NCBI GenBank assembly: GCA_977020255.1
Contig: CDROCS010000335.1
Span: forward strand, 248,001-312,000
DNA: 64,000 bases
Direction: 5' to 3'
DNA from: Obrimoposthia wandeli
Taxonomy: Eukaryota
The translations under genes were made by a program, and so were the position numbers. A model generated the notes under the pieces. It saw nothing but the letters and a program-made list of their open reading frames with translations, was not told the DNA's origin and ran no database searches. Positions 1 through 14,925 of this stretch are shown piece after piece. The first letter of the stretch is position 1, and each line of letters starts with the position of its first letter.

Positions 1-767
1 CCAGTTTTTTCGGAATACATAACCATATTAGATGGCATTTTAACAGACCTTTTATGTGTCTCAGTATTTGGAGATAATACCTTTCAATGAGGCGAAAATC
101 ATTTCTACAACCAAATTTAGTCCTTTTTTATGGAGTTGCTGTTTTAATGAAACGTTCAAATTATGTGGCTATTATATACAGAATCATAATAAAGGGCATA
201 AGACGGTTCTGAGTATTAATCAGTTTTCTTTACTCAATTTAGACCACGACAGCAAAATCAGAATCTGTTTCGCCTGCAAGGCTCCTCAGGTTGTCAGTAA
301 TGTTCTAAAATGTACATTTATTTCAACACATGTATTTGCTACAAAATATCTTCACAGAAAACAAGTAAAACATTGATATTATCTTTAAGCTACATTATAC
401 TATAAGCATTATTTATATAATTAAAGTAAAATGGAAATATTAAAAATACTTTGATTACATATATTCAGCTTTGTTGAATAATTCAGCATTAAGATAAAAT
501 CAATTTTTACAAATTTTGTGCAAAGAGATTTTGATTTCACTGTTATTGTTTGAATTAAATGATAAGCACAAAGTAACGACATATATAACATTGATTTGTT
601 ACTACTTCTTTGATGAATGTTTCTAATAGCTACTTAAGGTTTAAAATTTTAATATATTAATTGTTTTTTCACAATAAATTTAACTTGTATCTAAATATAT
701 ATTTAAATTACTTCTAAGTAATTGTAAATGGTATATAATCGTAAATCATTACTAAAAACCAAGCTAC

Positions 768-3700
768 CTTGATTTGTTTCTGGACTTGCAGTGAAACGTT
801 GTCAGGAAAGCCAGATAGATAGAGAATCTTTGGTCTGTTGTCGAGCCTCATTTCCATTTGTGTTGGGATACGAGTTTGGGCTGGTTTTCCAAACTTCTGA
901 GGAGCACTCTGTAGGCTTAGTTGCTGCGAGTAGGATAGATTTTGGTGTTATGAGTCGTATCTTATGACAATGAGTTAAAGATAAAGGGATACCGGTTCCC
1001 ACCTTGCTTAGTATAGGATAGTGTTTTAATGAATCATAATATAAAGCTTCCATAAGAACTGGCTTTAAATAGAAGTATAGGCTTCTTTATTATACTGTTA
1101 AATGTGGATTATTGAGATTTTTACATTTATTTCTCCAACCTTTTATAACAGTTACTGATTAATTCACACGAAGCTTACTCGTGCTTGTAACAATAAAAAT
1201 ATTATTAAAAAACTTGTAAATCTTTCAAAATTTCTAAAATAGTATTCAATCTCGACGATATTATCCAGTTCAGCCCTATATGAAGGGACATTAAGTAATG
1301 AAGAAATGCGACTGTACCTTTCGCTTAAGTTCAATTATACATTTCAGCTGCTGTCTGTATGAGTCATCTTCACGATCCATTGTAGGCAGTTTAGATTGGG
1401 CCTCTTGAATCTTCAGTTTGATCTAATGAATAAAGTATAGATAAATTCTAAACATAGAGATACTTCAAAATTGTTATAAAAAATGTAATAAATATCTATA
1501 GGTTTCAAAAAACTGTTACTCAAAAGAGTAATTTTTTTTCTTATTGCTTTGTGTTTTAAATTTTAAAGTGGGATATAGATTTGGATGAAACGTCCTCAAA
1601 TTATACCTTTGCTTTAAACGGATACGAAATGTAGCTTTCTTCATAAAAGTCACATTATTTAATATGAAATCCAACCGGCGTTGTTGTATGATGAATCACT
1701 CTTTAAGACAAGAATTCACGATTTGAACTAAACATATTTTCTGAAATTCCTATACCATTTAGTTTGATATCGACAACAATACTTTGTAGGTTCTGGTAGT
1801 TAGGGATTAGGAATCATTCGGACTATATGATAAATTATCTTTTTCTTTTCGAGTACGACTATCTTCTTCTTTTGACGATTTGACTGGTAAATTCACAGAT
1901 TATTTGAAAACTTTCCTAAAAAATCGTATGCAAATGTTCTATAAAAATCTGAATTAGTCGTTCGATTCATTTGCATATCTATAGCTTTTGCTGATCAAAT
2001 ATATATTTTCATGTTTAAAGCATGTTTTTTTTCATGTTTTGTACGAAATTCAAAAAATACGATATTCTAAGACATTTCCTTTTTAATATAATTATAAAAA
2101 ACATTATTTTAACCTGATATTTAATATATATTTTGTTTAATATTATACATATTTTATTAGATAGATTGACCAGCATGCCTTGATTTATAATACAGTTCAT
2201 TGATAAGTATTATAAATCAGGCTTGCTGGTCACTAATGGGTTTGTTGTCGAATAAAAACGAATAATAATGCGCTATCATTAAATATTTGCTATCTTACCA
2301 TTAATTCTGAAATGCCGTTTGATTAACAGTACCGGTTGGGTTGACTTACCCTTTAGTCTATTATTAGTCCGAATGAATATATTTAGAAATACTTTTGTTG
2401 TTGTTCAGGGACATTGACATAACTTTAATTGGATGAAATAAAATAAAAATATGTCAGTAATCCAAGTAGTCTGTCTATCCATACACTATTACTCACCTTA
2501 TCTAATTCACTGAGCTGTGGCTTTGCAGACTGCTTTTTCCGGACGTTTTCGAGGGTGTCCTTGAGCTCCTTGTAGTAATTGTAAGATTCAACTAACTGGC
2601 GTTTGATAAGGTCCATATCACATTCCGGCTGCTTCTGCTGGTCGAGTAAGAAGTGTAGTCGCTTCTTAGAGGATTCAATTGAGGCCACCAGCCGCTGAGC
2701 TAGTTCAGCCCCGGTAACCTCTTTCTCAACAGGTGTCGGTTCAGGAGCTGACACAACAGATTTTGTGATGGTTGGTTTGATAACAACTGCAATAGTTGAA
2801 GGATTTCCTAGAGCCGTTATTTCAGTTTTGTTGCGACGATCCAACTTCAGCTCATTGGGATTGGGCCACCGCTTGTGTTGTTGGTAGTGTTGCGGTTGGT
2901 GGTCGATGCTGTTGTTGCTACAGGCACTCAGCAGCCGCTTACGAGAGAATGTATCCGGGCGCTTGGGTTCCTAGCGAGGATCATTATGATATACAAGTTG
3001 AAAAATAAACTAGCTCTAATAATTGTCTAAGTAAAAAATTATAAATGCGATTAATCGTCTACCCTTCAATAATAGTAAAGTGCAAAACGTACATTGAATT
3101 TTCTTTTATTAACTATGGCAATCACGTGTTTCAATGCATATATAATTCTATAATAAAATGCCGAATAGAAGATTATGTTGAGTCAAACTGAACTGTTAAT
3201 AATTGATTTAAATGTTGGTTTATATTTTTTGCAGACAGGCAAATTCTTTTAGGGAAGGACCACTTTTTTGGATTTGTGGGTCAAGTTAACTATTTTAAAG
3301 CAATTTTTAAAGGTTTGAAAAATTCAATTTTTTTCGCTTTAATTATTTCTATTTTTAATATTAATTAAAAACTAATCTATTGTAATTAATGACTTTTTAT
3401 ATTAATTATTGACCAGTCACATGCTCAGTAAATATGAGATATATATTGATTGCGCATGAAAACCCCAGATGAGCTGTATCTTAACCGTTTATATTCAAAG
3501 TTTTCTTATGATTAATTTTTCAATTAATTTTTAAAACCATTGACATTTGAAAAAAATGAATCATATTAAATCACAAGAAAATGCTGGTGCTTATCATACA
3601 TGTCAGTTAAATTTTTTGTAAAGAATCCTGTGATATTTAAAATATTTTACTGACTGCATTTTTAAAGAATGTTAATAGAGAATCCAGAGAGAATCTCACC

Positions 3701-6700
3701 ATATTGCTAGAGTCTGTATCCATAAGAACGGGTCTAGGACGGTTCTGTGTTTGTTGTTGCGGCTGTTGTGAGAAGTTTTTTGGCTCTCGTCGCCTGTCAC
3801 CGTCGCTGGCAGGGCGATTATAGAGACTAGTTCTGATGAAACGGTTGTCAAGAATTGGTGCCGGGGAACGAAATGCTGATTTGGCCTGTTCTGTTGTAGC
3901 GAATTCCACAAGTGAATTGTGCGGTTCATCTTGGAATCCAACCTGAATGATTTTTAAAGTTAACTGAAGTTTTAGGCCTGTAAGTGATTTACATGGTCTT
4001 GTTCCATTTGTTTCCAAAATTTTATATAGTGTTATTTTTGACTAAATTTGAGCTGACCTAATTATGTTTTAGTGAGTTATTTATCAATTGAATGGACAAG
4101 AACCTAATTTATCCCTTGCTATTTAAAAAACATAATACCTCAAATAATTAATGATTTCACAATTATAGGAAAAAGGCAAAGTTACAAAAATGTATCAGGA
4201 TAATCGATGTTCAGCGAGAGTTTAATTTACAATATCCAACAAATGCAAAAGTCAAAATTAGAAAAACGTACCACAACATCCGTGACATTTCCAAACTTGA
4301 GAAAATGTTGTCGCAATTGGATTTCATTATTACACTCAGTAGGAATATGTGTCAGTAAGAGACATTTTCCGTTGTTTGGTCGACGATTGTTGTTGCTGTT
4401 GTTATTATTCCGATTTTCGTTGTGATTATGAAACTTTTTCCGGTTCGGTTGAGGAATATCATTTTTGTCCATCAAGCGACTGTTGGTGATGTGACTTACG
4501 GAATCTCCTAAATCGCCGGTTTCAGTACTGTTTGCGTCTACTTCCTTCCACCAAGCCGATTCTTTGTTTCCGCTGTTCTCGACCTCCGATGGTACATATA
4601 CCGGGGCACTCACTTCCATGTTTTGACTAGTCATCGCGGTGATCTGCAGACAAGGGAGTTAAGTTATATAATGTTTAAAGATTTACTTTATGAATACACA
4701 ACGGTGAATAGAAAATAAGTCATACCGCATTTATTTCCGGGTGGCTCGGATCGTATACATCAGTTTTTTTCCTGCGTTTCCTGTAATCAGTATCGACTTC
4801 AAACGGTTTCAAGGGAGCATATGGCTTATCAGCGTTGAAATTGTCGATCCAGTCTGGAAACACACAGAACAAGTAAATTATGTAGTGAAAATTGACTAAC
4901 TTTTGGGAAATAGTATAAAGTATTTCAAAATTCATTACAATGACTTTGAGTTTCACATATGATTGAGTTAAAATAAAATTCATTTGTATATTTTTATAAT
5001 TCCAAATATAAGCGTTATAATATAAAGGCGATATTGTATAAATGGTAAATTCAAAAGATATCTTGCTACATTTTTCATCTTAAATCTTTTAAACATAAAA
5101 ATAAAAAATAGCTGAGTACTGTTTGTTTTGTAAATTACTAGAACTGTTACTCAAGGGCAAGAATATTACTTGGAGCTGTGTTATTGGTCGGCCAGGCAGA
5201 CGCGATGGTATTCTGAATCATGTTAACTCCAGAGTAGATACACTTGATGTCCGATATGACCTGGACAGCAATTTGTAAATGAATGGTAATTCACGTTCAA
5301 TTCACTTACGATCTGATTGCCGTGATCGTATTCACATGAGTCTCCTTTCAAACAAACTCCTTTCTCCACAAAATCGACACATGATACTTTGACGTCACCA
5401 TAGGGCCTGCCATTGTTCTGCTTCTTGTACTTATTATCATCTTTGCGACCATGATCTGTGTGAAAAATAAGTATGTAAACATATACGAACATACATATAT
5501 AGGGTTTTCAAAAAGTAATTTAAAAAGGGGAAATTTAAGTTTGGTGTGAAAAACGAAGTTTAATTTAAAAATTCGATATAAACAATAAAATAAAATTTCA
5601 GATTGATTCGACTTTTTTTCTTGACAGTTTCTTTAATTTTTTTAACTTAATCTTCCAATAAGGTCTGCCATTTAATTATTAACAGTCATATAACTTATTA
5701 ACTATACCAAAATTAATAAATAAAAAGTTGGTATTGATTAATGAAAACAAATATATTCAATTAATCTTTGAAGTTACTTTATTTTTTTTGAAAACGATTA
5801 GAATTATTTCTGAATTGGTGACATATACATATGTCAAGGATTTAGTAAAATACGATTTTTTTTAAAAAAACTATAATTTTTGTATGTTTTCTGAATGTTC
5901 ATGATGTGCTAGCGCAATATTTTTATATATTGATTGAAGTAATGTATCAACAGTAGAAATAAATAGTATAATTATATCCTGGGTGTCGATAAAGCGCCTA
6001 ACAGATTTTTATGAAATATTGACACGAATGTTTTTGTTACAGATATACAATGTTTAATCAGATTACATGGCGTATATAAATCTAAGATGTGTTTTTATGC
6101 ACAGATCAATGAAACTACGGTAGTTTGCGTTTAAATTAATATTAATACATATAGAAGCTAATATTTAAAAAATCTTTTTATCATTAAAAAACACTACTTA
6201 CTGGATCGTTCGTAGGAATGCCGAATTTTGTTACTTCTATTTCGACTGTCGGGTCTGTGTCTACTGTTGTGTTCCTGTGAGAAATCACTTCTTTTTCGTT
6301 TCCTGGTTTCAAATCTGTGTCGAGAGTTGTCTCCTGACCGATGTTGTCGTAGATGTGGATTGGGACTTTTGTTGTGCCAGTGTTCATCGTCACTGCTGAC
6401 GTCATTTGATGACTTGGTTTTAATATGTGTACTAGATTCTACCTTTATAATATTTCCTGTAGGCAGATTGTCAATTGTTAATTGGTGCGATTTAAAAACC
6501 AACTTTACAATAAAGTACATAGGTATATAGTATAAATAGAAATTCTAGTACTAAAACATTAAATAGTTAAATAATTATAATTGAATTAATAATATTATTT
6601 TTTCATTTATTCAATTTAAGAATATGATACAATGTAAAAATTTTAAATGACATTTTTTATAGATTTTAAAATGAATCGTTTGTGTATTATTTAAAATTAA

Positions 6701-8052
6701 AGTATATTTTTAGGATGTTTTAAACAGTAGGGGAACTTGCAGCTATAGAGTTGAACAATTTTGGAAATGCCGGAACACTGATAATTGCTTCAGCTACGAC
6801 TATATTTTTCTAATTTTGGAAATTTATTTTGTTAGTTAAAATTAGTAATATTAGCATAGCTGGTCTTCAGCGTGAATCAACGTAGCTAGAATACTGCCTC
6901 AACAAGCAAGGCATTTACCCGAATGTTAAATAAATCAATACGATACAAGACAAAAACCTTGCATCAAAGAAAGCATTTCTTATCGTATAGCATGTATATA
7001 CATTGATTTCAAAAAATATAATCATTCGAAAATTAAAATCTTTAATTGACTTTTTTTATACACATAGTTACTTATAGTATTAAAAAGTTGCATAAAAGCG
7101 TACACAGTAACAGTATTACCATCATCTTAATCCAGTGTTTGGTTTTCAAAATCAACCATTATATTTTGTTTTAATTAAACAATTGATAGTTAGTGGGGCA
7201 GTTAAGTTTTGTGTTAACATAAGTTTCTACATCTAACGATGATTGACTAAGAATATGCATTACAGGAGTTAAAAGATCAAGTATTTTACAAAACACATAA
7301 GACTACATAAGGAATACGTGATTTGACTTCATTTGAGTGCATGTGTTAAATAGAGAGTATTTAAGAAATGTATGAGCTAGCATAGTATGAAACTACATGT
7401 AATATCAGCAGCGTATAACCGACAGTCTAAGCAATGTAGCTTATATAGTGTTAACATTATATTAAAATGAGTTTCGATTAAAAAGATATAAAGAAATGTT
7501 ATATATCTTATTTTATAACACAGAACATTGCATTAATAGCAATAACATTACTAATTGTTTGCCTACTTCCCATGATAAGATAAGATTGTGCAATCACTTT
7601 AAAATATTAAAATAAAAAATATAAACGAAAATATTTACCTTTAGAATTTTCTAATTCCACGGAAGAAAGAACAATTTCATTCTCCTTTATTTTATTCGGA
7701 GAACTTACAATGTACTTTTTATTTTTAACAGAATCGTATAAGCCTTCAACAAACACCTCGGTTTCTAAGTTTCATAGTTACATAATATATATATATAAAG
7801 TTACTTTCTCCAAGAAAAGCTACTAAAGCTTCATTACAAATGGCTATGAAATTATTTTCTGATTTCGCTTTATTAATTAAAGCAATTATATAATCTGACA
7901 ATGTGTCTGGGTCCGCAGCACAGCTATAAAAATATTAGTAAATTAAGCATTAAAATAAATTGTTGAGCTAATCATTATTTGTAAATTACTAACAAGCTGG
8001 GTAAGAGATTCATTAACCATTTTGAAAATTCAGGGACATTATCAATAATCAT
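768..8052 (-). CDS. RBM26: RNA-binding protein 26/27 orthologue (PWI, CCCH zinc finger, RRM1, coiled coil, start of RRM2); 3' end not resolved
   Basis: Hand-spliced GT-AG exons with compatible phases: 7994-8052, 7805-7923, 7639-7764, 6202-6456, 5310-5455, 5170-5260, 4726-4853, 4272-4643, 3700-3942, 2497-2970, 1318-1422, 768-908. The N-terminus MIIDNVPEFSKWLMNLLPSFCAADPDTLSDYIIALINK resembles the RBM26 PWI domain. CVDFVEKGVCLKGDSCEYDHG is a CCCH finger; LLLTHIPTECNNEIQLRQHFLKFGNV and SLVEFATTEQAKSAFRSPAPILDNRFI are RRM1; LDNRPKILYLSGF starts RRM2. A terminal exon may lie near 259-324. Confidence 0.9.
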
Positions 8053-9929
8053 TATAAGTTTATTCCAGAAATATTTCACAATTTGTGATAAAAATGATTA
8101 ACTTAATCAAATATATAAACAAAATGGATGCAACTTTCAAATATGCGAATTTTAATAATGTCAAGGTAGTTGAATTTAAATTCATATAATTTATCATCAT
8201 ATGTGATTTCTAAATGGGAAAAGTTCGTAATGTCAAGAATACATTTTACTATTTTTTCATTTAAATTGACCGACTATTTTTTTTATCTAATTATTTTCTG
8301 TTATAAAAATTATTTTATTCTTAAGAATTTATTAAATTTTAAATTATTTTATATTTAGCATATCAATAAAAATCTTTCTTATATTGGAAATTGAAATAAA
8401 AAAATTGTATATTAATGACAGTAAATTGAAATAAAAAAAGGAAAATCCAAGAAATCTGTCATAATTAGTATTGTCAGTTATGTAAACTCATATTTCATTT
8501 CAGCCCAAAAACGTCTTCTGAAAATTTTAACTTTTTTAATGACAAGATGTCACAAGCCAAATATTTAAAGAGAAAGAAAATTATAATTGTAGCTGTTAAA
8601 CTCGAACTTAGGATGTCAAGGTTAATGTAAAAATTATCAATGCGATAAAAGATTAATTTCACCATTAGAGATGGGGTGAGAACGACATTCGTTGATACTG
8701 ATAATGCCAATGAGGTTTAAATAAAGCTAATGAAAAAAAAGAACTGCCATTGGAAGATTTATATGTTCCGAGACAGTGTAGAATCTAAAATTGCTGACCC
8801 ACATTATTTGAATTGAAAAAATAATTAACATTTTTTAAACTTATTTCTTCAAATAATTACGAAATGAGAAAGTTTAATGTATAGAATAATTATGATTATT
8901 TATTTAAACTAAATTATAAATTCCAATTGAAACAGTTGATTGAATATCATTTAATATTGAATGGTATACTGAAAACTCAAAGTTTAAAATTCGATTCTTT
9001 ATTATATTTGTTTAATGAAAATATTAAGGACTCATATGATATTTTAATGTCAAAGTAACACTTTTCATAAAGTCCTGAAATTGTTTACGTTACAAGGTTA
9101 TCGAAATTTAAATCAAATTTCATCAAATTCTTTTCTGTAACATTTTATTTGTTACAACAAACTTTATGTTTTGATTACACTTTTTGCTCATAATTAAAAA
9201 CTATTAATTTACAAAGTCAAATAACAATGAAAGTTTAAATTTAATTTTTAATATTCTGTTTATTAAAAAAATCATATATTTTATTATTTTTAAAAAATAT
9301 AATAGATTGTGCGTTATAAACCAAATTAACATATTTAACAAATTCCATAAATACATAATTATAGAACATTTTGACATTGTAAATAATCATACCATAAAAA
9401 AATTTAATTTACAGAATTAAATCATTTTATTTACTCAAAATGTTCTGTTTACTTATTTCATTTGTAAATGTATTAAATATCTTGAATAAAACCATTACAG
9501 AGTTTGAATCTACCACAAATATATCGTCTTGTTAAAATATCTTAAAAGGCAGTGCAAATGATCATAAAATTTAATTTACATCAATATCAGAGAAAATTTG
9601 TCAAAGAAAAAGTTATGTCGATTATTTATTACAAACAGAAGATGGCGATGCAACAGTAAAAGAAAGTTTCGTCTCATTCAATAACCTTCTGAAGAACTAA
9701 CAAAAAATGAATCCCTGTAAATTATTAACAAGGCAAAGTTGAAGCTGCACATAGCCAAAGAAGTAATCCTAGTTGACAAATCAGCAAGTAAATTATAAAG
9801 TATACTTCAATAGTCCCCATATGTGAAGGATTGTATAAACTATCTCATTGAAGGGATTATGCTACAATAATATCAATTACAGAGAGATCAGTATGATTAA
9901 TATATGAAAAACCAATAAAGTTCGCAGAT

Positions 9930-10300
9930 ATATTCATGATATACTTCTTTGGTTTAGAAGAGATGTAAATTCACTCATTAATTCTTCTGTCGCCAAGCAA
10001 CTGTTTATCAATGGTTAGTGTTGCTCCTGGAAAACGCCATAAATTTAGCTTCATCATCTCCTCTAAATTTCACTAACTTTGATTAGGCTCTGGGGATGTG
10101 TTTGATAATTATCGAATTTTATCATTCTTTAAAAGTATTTGAAATGACAGACTGCCACAAAAGCTTGATAAAAAGATATCCATCGATTTTGATCTACATA
10201 TTTGCAAAAGAATATTTGTTGTTGCAAACACTTTATGCATGAATTAAAATTCCAATACAAGTCATTATTTCATCAAAACTAACAATATCCGCTGGTACAT
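9930..10300 (-). pseudogene. piggyBac-family transposase relic (N-terminal half)
   Basis: Minus-strand frames with stops and frameshifts give DIVSFDEIMTCIGILIHA and PGATLTIDKQLLGDRRINE*IYISSKPKKY, matching the piggyBac LTIDEQL...YIPSKPxKYG motif. Confidence 0.6.
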
Positions 10301-11339
10301 ATACAACTGCTTCATTTCCAACATTGAGTTCTGCTACAGCTTGTAAAAATGTTAGTAATCTGGATAGTAGTTGAATACATGTTAGAAACGATAAATTGTT
10401 TGTAATTTTAATACAACCATATAAATATATTTATTACTGTTTACATATACTATTTTTGATAAGTTTACATTGACAAATACTATACGAGCATATTAACTTT
10501 ATTATAATACTACTAAAATTTAAAAACAAAATTAATCAAGGCATTTTCTGAAATTTGATACACACAATAAAGTGTAAAATTTTGTTTTAAATTATTTATT
10601 TTTAATTATTTTTCCATTTTCAATATATAATATCGCATACCAATAAGAATTAAAAGGAAATTTAAAAAAAGTTTCATATCAAATTTTTAATTCGGCCACA
10701 GAGATTTAGAGATATAAGCTCTGGTTCCGGCTTTGGTTAAAAATGACACTTGATCTTTAATACCCTGTTTTTAGTTATTTTGAATTTTGTCAATGTAGAT
10801 AGCTATCTATCGACATGCCAAATAACTTTTTGCCCAATGAGATTATTTTATGATATCATTGTGCCACCATGTTACGATAATCAGACGCAAATAGTAAGAG
10901 ACAAGCGTTATCCATTTTGGTGTAGCCACGTATTAAAGGACTAGTATCTAACAAAATAAACTATTGCATTCAAACTGTATTAAGTTGTAAGCTCAAATTT
11001 TGATGGTAAAGAGGGTTGGTGCTCCGAATAAAAATGGTATGAATGGACACTTATTTTTTATATTTAATGTTAAACATTCACAGTATTCTAACTGATATTG
11101 TAGGTAAAAAAAAACTAGATTTTTGGGTAATTTTATATGCTCTTTCTAAATACGAAAGAAAGTTTTTACTAGATCTTACACACATAGTTGATTTAGAATC
11201 ATCAAAAGCCACTTGTACTACTTTATCCTTGAAATAATTTTGTTTTCAGTTGCATAATAGTATAACATGCTTTGATTAAAAATATGAGTTGTATCTTTTC
11301 ATGAATAAATAACAAAAACATTTGAAGTTGTTGAATTTT

Positions 11340-11650
11340 ATATGCTTTGCTAATTCTTTCGCTTTCAGACGAATTCCAGTCGTCGAGATTATTCTATTTG
11401 CATCGCGTGTGGAAATATTCCATGCCTTCAATTGTGACTCGATTTCACGTCAAAACTCTTTTCGGAACCGTCAACTGCGCTTCTTTTGATCCATTGTTTG
11501 TAAAACATTATTTTCTTTTTTTCATCATTGGATATTCTTCTTGTATGTTTGAAACTGTATAGCAGCCGCGGCATTGCCATATGTTTCAGAGTAATCCATC
11601 TCTTCTAGTTTTCGGTAATTGGGATACGATTTTTGAGTTCTCTTTAGATC
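11340..11650 (-). pseudogene. pogo/Tigger-like transposase N-terminal HTH relic
   Basis: DYSETYGNAAAAIQFQTYKKNIQ* followed by REIESQLKAW resembles the Brinker/CENP-B-type HTH of pogo transposases; several stops. Confidence 0.4.
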
Positions 11651-12316
11651 ATTTTGAACAAAATCAAATTCAAAAACTTTATTTAGTTAAACAAATAATT
11701 GTGGCATTAAAAAAGCAATTACATAATTTTTTTAATATAATTTTTTAATATTAGTCCGGCTTATCTAATATAAAATTGTATTTTAGAAATTTGTAAGTTT
11801 TTAACGACAAAAAAATTAGGGTAGTTATAAAACTGTTGGTGTTGACAGAGGCTTCATAACTTCTGATTGTATATGCTTTCTATGAATAACTTCTACTGTA
11901 GTTTATGGCTCAGTAAATCTAACTCAAAGTTTAATTTCTATAAAGTATATGAAGAATAAGCTATCTCCTTTGAACATAAAATATTCTGTTTGAAATAGCT
12001 ACATTTTAAAGAGTAGGCTGCAAATTAAAAGAAATCTATGAATAACCTATTTGTAATTTACAAAATGTTGTCTATTTGTTTCAGAGATATTAAAAATTTA
12101 AAAGTGGGATGGATATCTAATTTATATTTTGCAATTTTTTTTTAGCAATTTTCCCAATAAACACTACAGTAAATTTTATATTTCTAGTTTTAAATTTTTT
12201 ATAAAAAATGCAATTACCAAATTATATTGTTTAAATACGACAATATCATAAAAATGTATTATTTAAAACCGCATTTTTAAATAACAGAGAAGATCTACAA
12301 GATACCGTGTTTTACG

Positions 12317-13980
12317 AGGGGTATCACTGTACATTAAAATCGTGCATCTGTATAGAGTGAAATTTCGTGCTAGTGTGTCCAATCTAATACACCGACACCC
12401 CGAAGGGGAGTACCCCCACAAATATTTTTGAGTGTTACATGGAATGCAATTTTACAGCCTATCTCAAAAGTTATTAAAGAAGACTACAGGAATCCATATT
12501 GACCCCATCGACTTATCGTAGACGAGATTTCAGATAATACTTTTATATGAATGTGACTACTAAAAGGACATATAATAACATATTTTAGATAATTTAATTA
12601 CTACATGTATGTTAAAAGGACAAAATATGTAGGTCAGATTTTTACAATTTATAGAAGAAAAAATACAAGACAAAATTCCTTTTAATATATTTATTAAATT
12701 AATCAAATATAAAACACCATATTAGCTTCACTCAAAGTCCAAAGAAGCTGTATTTTCCCGTCATCAGCATAATATCCATTGAGACGTATTGAAATATATT
12801 AAAACTAGAGGAGTTCTTCATCTAAAATTGGAGCAATCAAATAACCTCAGTTATCTCTAAAAGCCAGACTGGGATCAGTTTCCAGCTGGAAAGAATTTCT
12901 TTCTTATACATAATCAGGTATGTAAAATCCCAAAATATTTTTCAATTGATCAATATTAGATGTTGTTAAAATTTCAATTAGATATTTATTTTTCACTTTC
13001 AATATTTTCACAGGATTCATAATTCGTATAATTTGATACCTCTTTAATGTATTATATGGTTTTTCTTTTGAATTTTTTTCCAGATAATGACACTTTTCTA
13101 CATTTCTCAGAAGAGGATCCATTTTAAAATAAAGAAATGGAAAATAAATGTTTATGAAAAAGGCATATTTAGATAAGATACAAATATTATGAATTAAAAA
13201 TAAATAAAACTGATTGCAATTTATTACATGCAAAATGAAAGAAACAAGGTTAAAGAAAACAAAATAGTTAAATCATATGGATATGGATCGTTCAATTTTC
13301 CCCATAAGTAGTTTTGTTATAATTTCATCTTTCTTGTAACCATAACGCCGAATTGTAACAGTCCATAGCTTCTTTTTTGGAAACGCACCAGCATAAATTT
13401 ATCTTCCATAGTCATCTAAAAATGCTGTATCAAATGCTCGGAATTAAAATTCAGTCTTATTGAATGTAAAACTTGGAACTTCCCTTTAAACTTTCTGTTT
13501 AAGATATTGAAAATCTGGTTTTTAAATATTTGATAGATAATAGCTGAACTTTATTCTTTCAATTGTCACAGGATTTACTAAAGCAATCAGCTGAGCCTTC
13601 TTCAAGAACATGACTTTGTTTTTGAAATATTGTTTCACTTTGGCATACATATTCTTATCCGAATCTTCAAACAATTCTAAATCTTCATAATCGCTTCATA
13701 TCTTTTGGCTATCTTCCATAATTGATAACTATCCTTGATATTAATGCATTTATTATGATTTGTTCTCCAATGACACATTTTCTTATACTAATTTGTAACA
13801 AAGACATAAATCTCATTGGTTTTGATTGAACTAAACCCATATTTAAAATTGAAATAGATTGGAAGAAATATATTAGACTTCAATCATCCAATTATAATAG
13901 GTTTGCAAAATATTTACAAGAAATGTGCAATAAAAGGGAAAGTTCAAACATATATAAAGAAGAATTTACAGAAAAAATAT
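12317..13980 (+). mobile_element. Polinton copy C: truncated left-end fragment, same orientation as copy A
   Basis: Collinear similarity to about 23190-24850: partial TIR with GAGTGAAATTTCGTGC at 12355, GAATCCATATTG...AGACGAGATTTCA, and ORF 12904-13233 (MDPLLRNV...LGFYIPDYV) paralogous to ORF 23626-23874. Confidence 0.85.
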
Positions 13981-14570
13981 TTAGAAAACATCCGGCAGAT
14001 CTAACCAAGTACTAAAACTCGAAACGGAGGATCACAATAGCTAGCACAGATCAGAACCGGACGAATATATCGTGATAAATTGAGAACAAGTAAACTAGTA
14101 AATAATAGTCATACAATATTGTAATAATCCATTGTAAACCGAAATTAAACAGTAATCATATAAACGCTGATTGATATTAATCAGTAATCATACTCTATTG
14201 TAATATTCTATTGTAACCTGAAATTAAACAGTAATCATATTCTAGGATAAATTGAACAAAAGGAATTTAACACGAATCATTAATAAATTGATACTCTTAA
14301 ACCACAATTGTTAAAAAAATCATATGTGAAAATAAGTTTTAAAAGTTAAGAAGTGTCGGCGTTAAAGAGGTAACCACCATAGTATTTGTAAATTCTCCAT
14401 CAGATAATTAGTAGTCAATTTTGATAGAACTTGTATATTCTAAAGTGTCACCTCTTGTTGAAGTCAAATATATTAAACCCAAATTACTCGAAAATAACAT
14501 ATATGTTTTAAGTAATTACACTTGATTTCAGACAGGTTACGAATACCTTTAAAACACTTTACAAGCCGAG

Positions 14571-14925
14571 AATTAACCAGTGTGACATATTAACATATTA
14601 ACCTAAGTCCTGACATATTCAGAGGGTTATCGTTGACACTGATTGATCCCAGCTTTATTTGCCCTTTTGTGGTCTTCACTTTACCAGACTATTTTTGAAT
14701 CAAAAGATCAAATTTTGCCTAACTGTCTTATTGATTCAGCCCTACATCACTCAACAATGGTTTTAGGAACTTTTACATTATTCTGTAAATAACTCTTAAA
14801 AACATCACAAAAACCTTCAGAAACTAGAACAGGTAGGCCATCCCATCTGTAAGCCCTATCACCACAGAACTCACGTTGGGGTCCTCCATACGAGGAATCT
14901 AAGTATAAAGAAAACCTCAACACTT
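14571..14925. repeat. Dispersed repeat, about 350 bp, homologous to 53363-53715; preceded by an LTR-like tract (about 13985-14570)
   Basis: Shared blocks GAATTAACCAGTGTGAC, TATTGATTCAGCCC and CATCACAAAAACCTTCAGA occur in the same order and orientation at both loci. Confidence 0.7.

Noticed and set aside
8170-8710. Short ORFs upstream of RBM26 and similar Phe/Ile/Leu/Lys-rich ORFs elsewhere (for example 2015-2200, 54469-54847, 63417-63644)
   Set aside because: Their composition is what AT-rich non-coding DNA gives by chance; no motifs or splice support.
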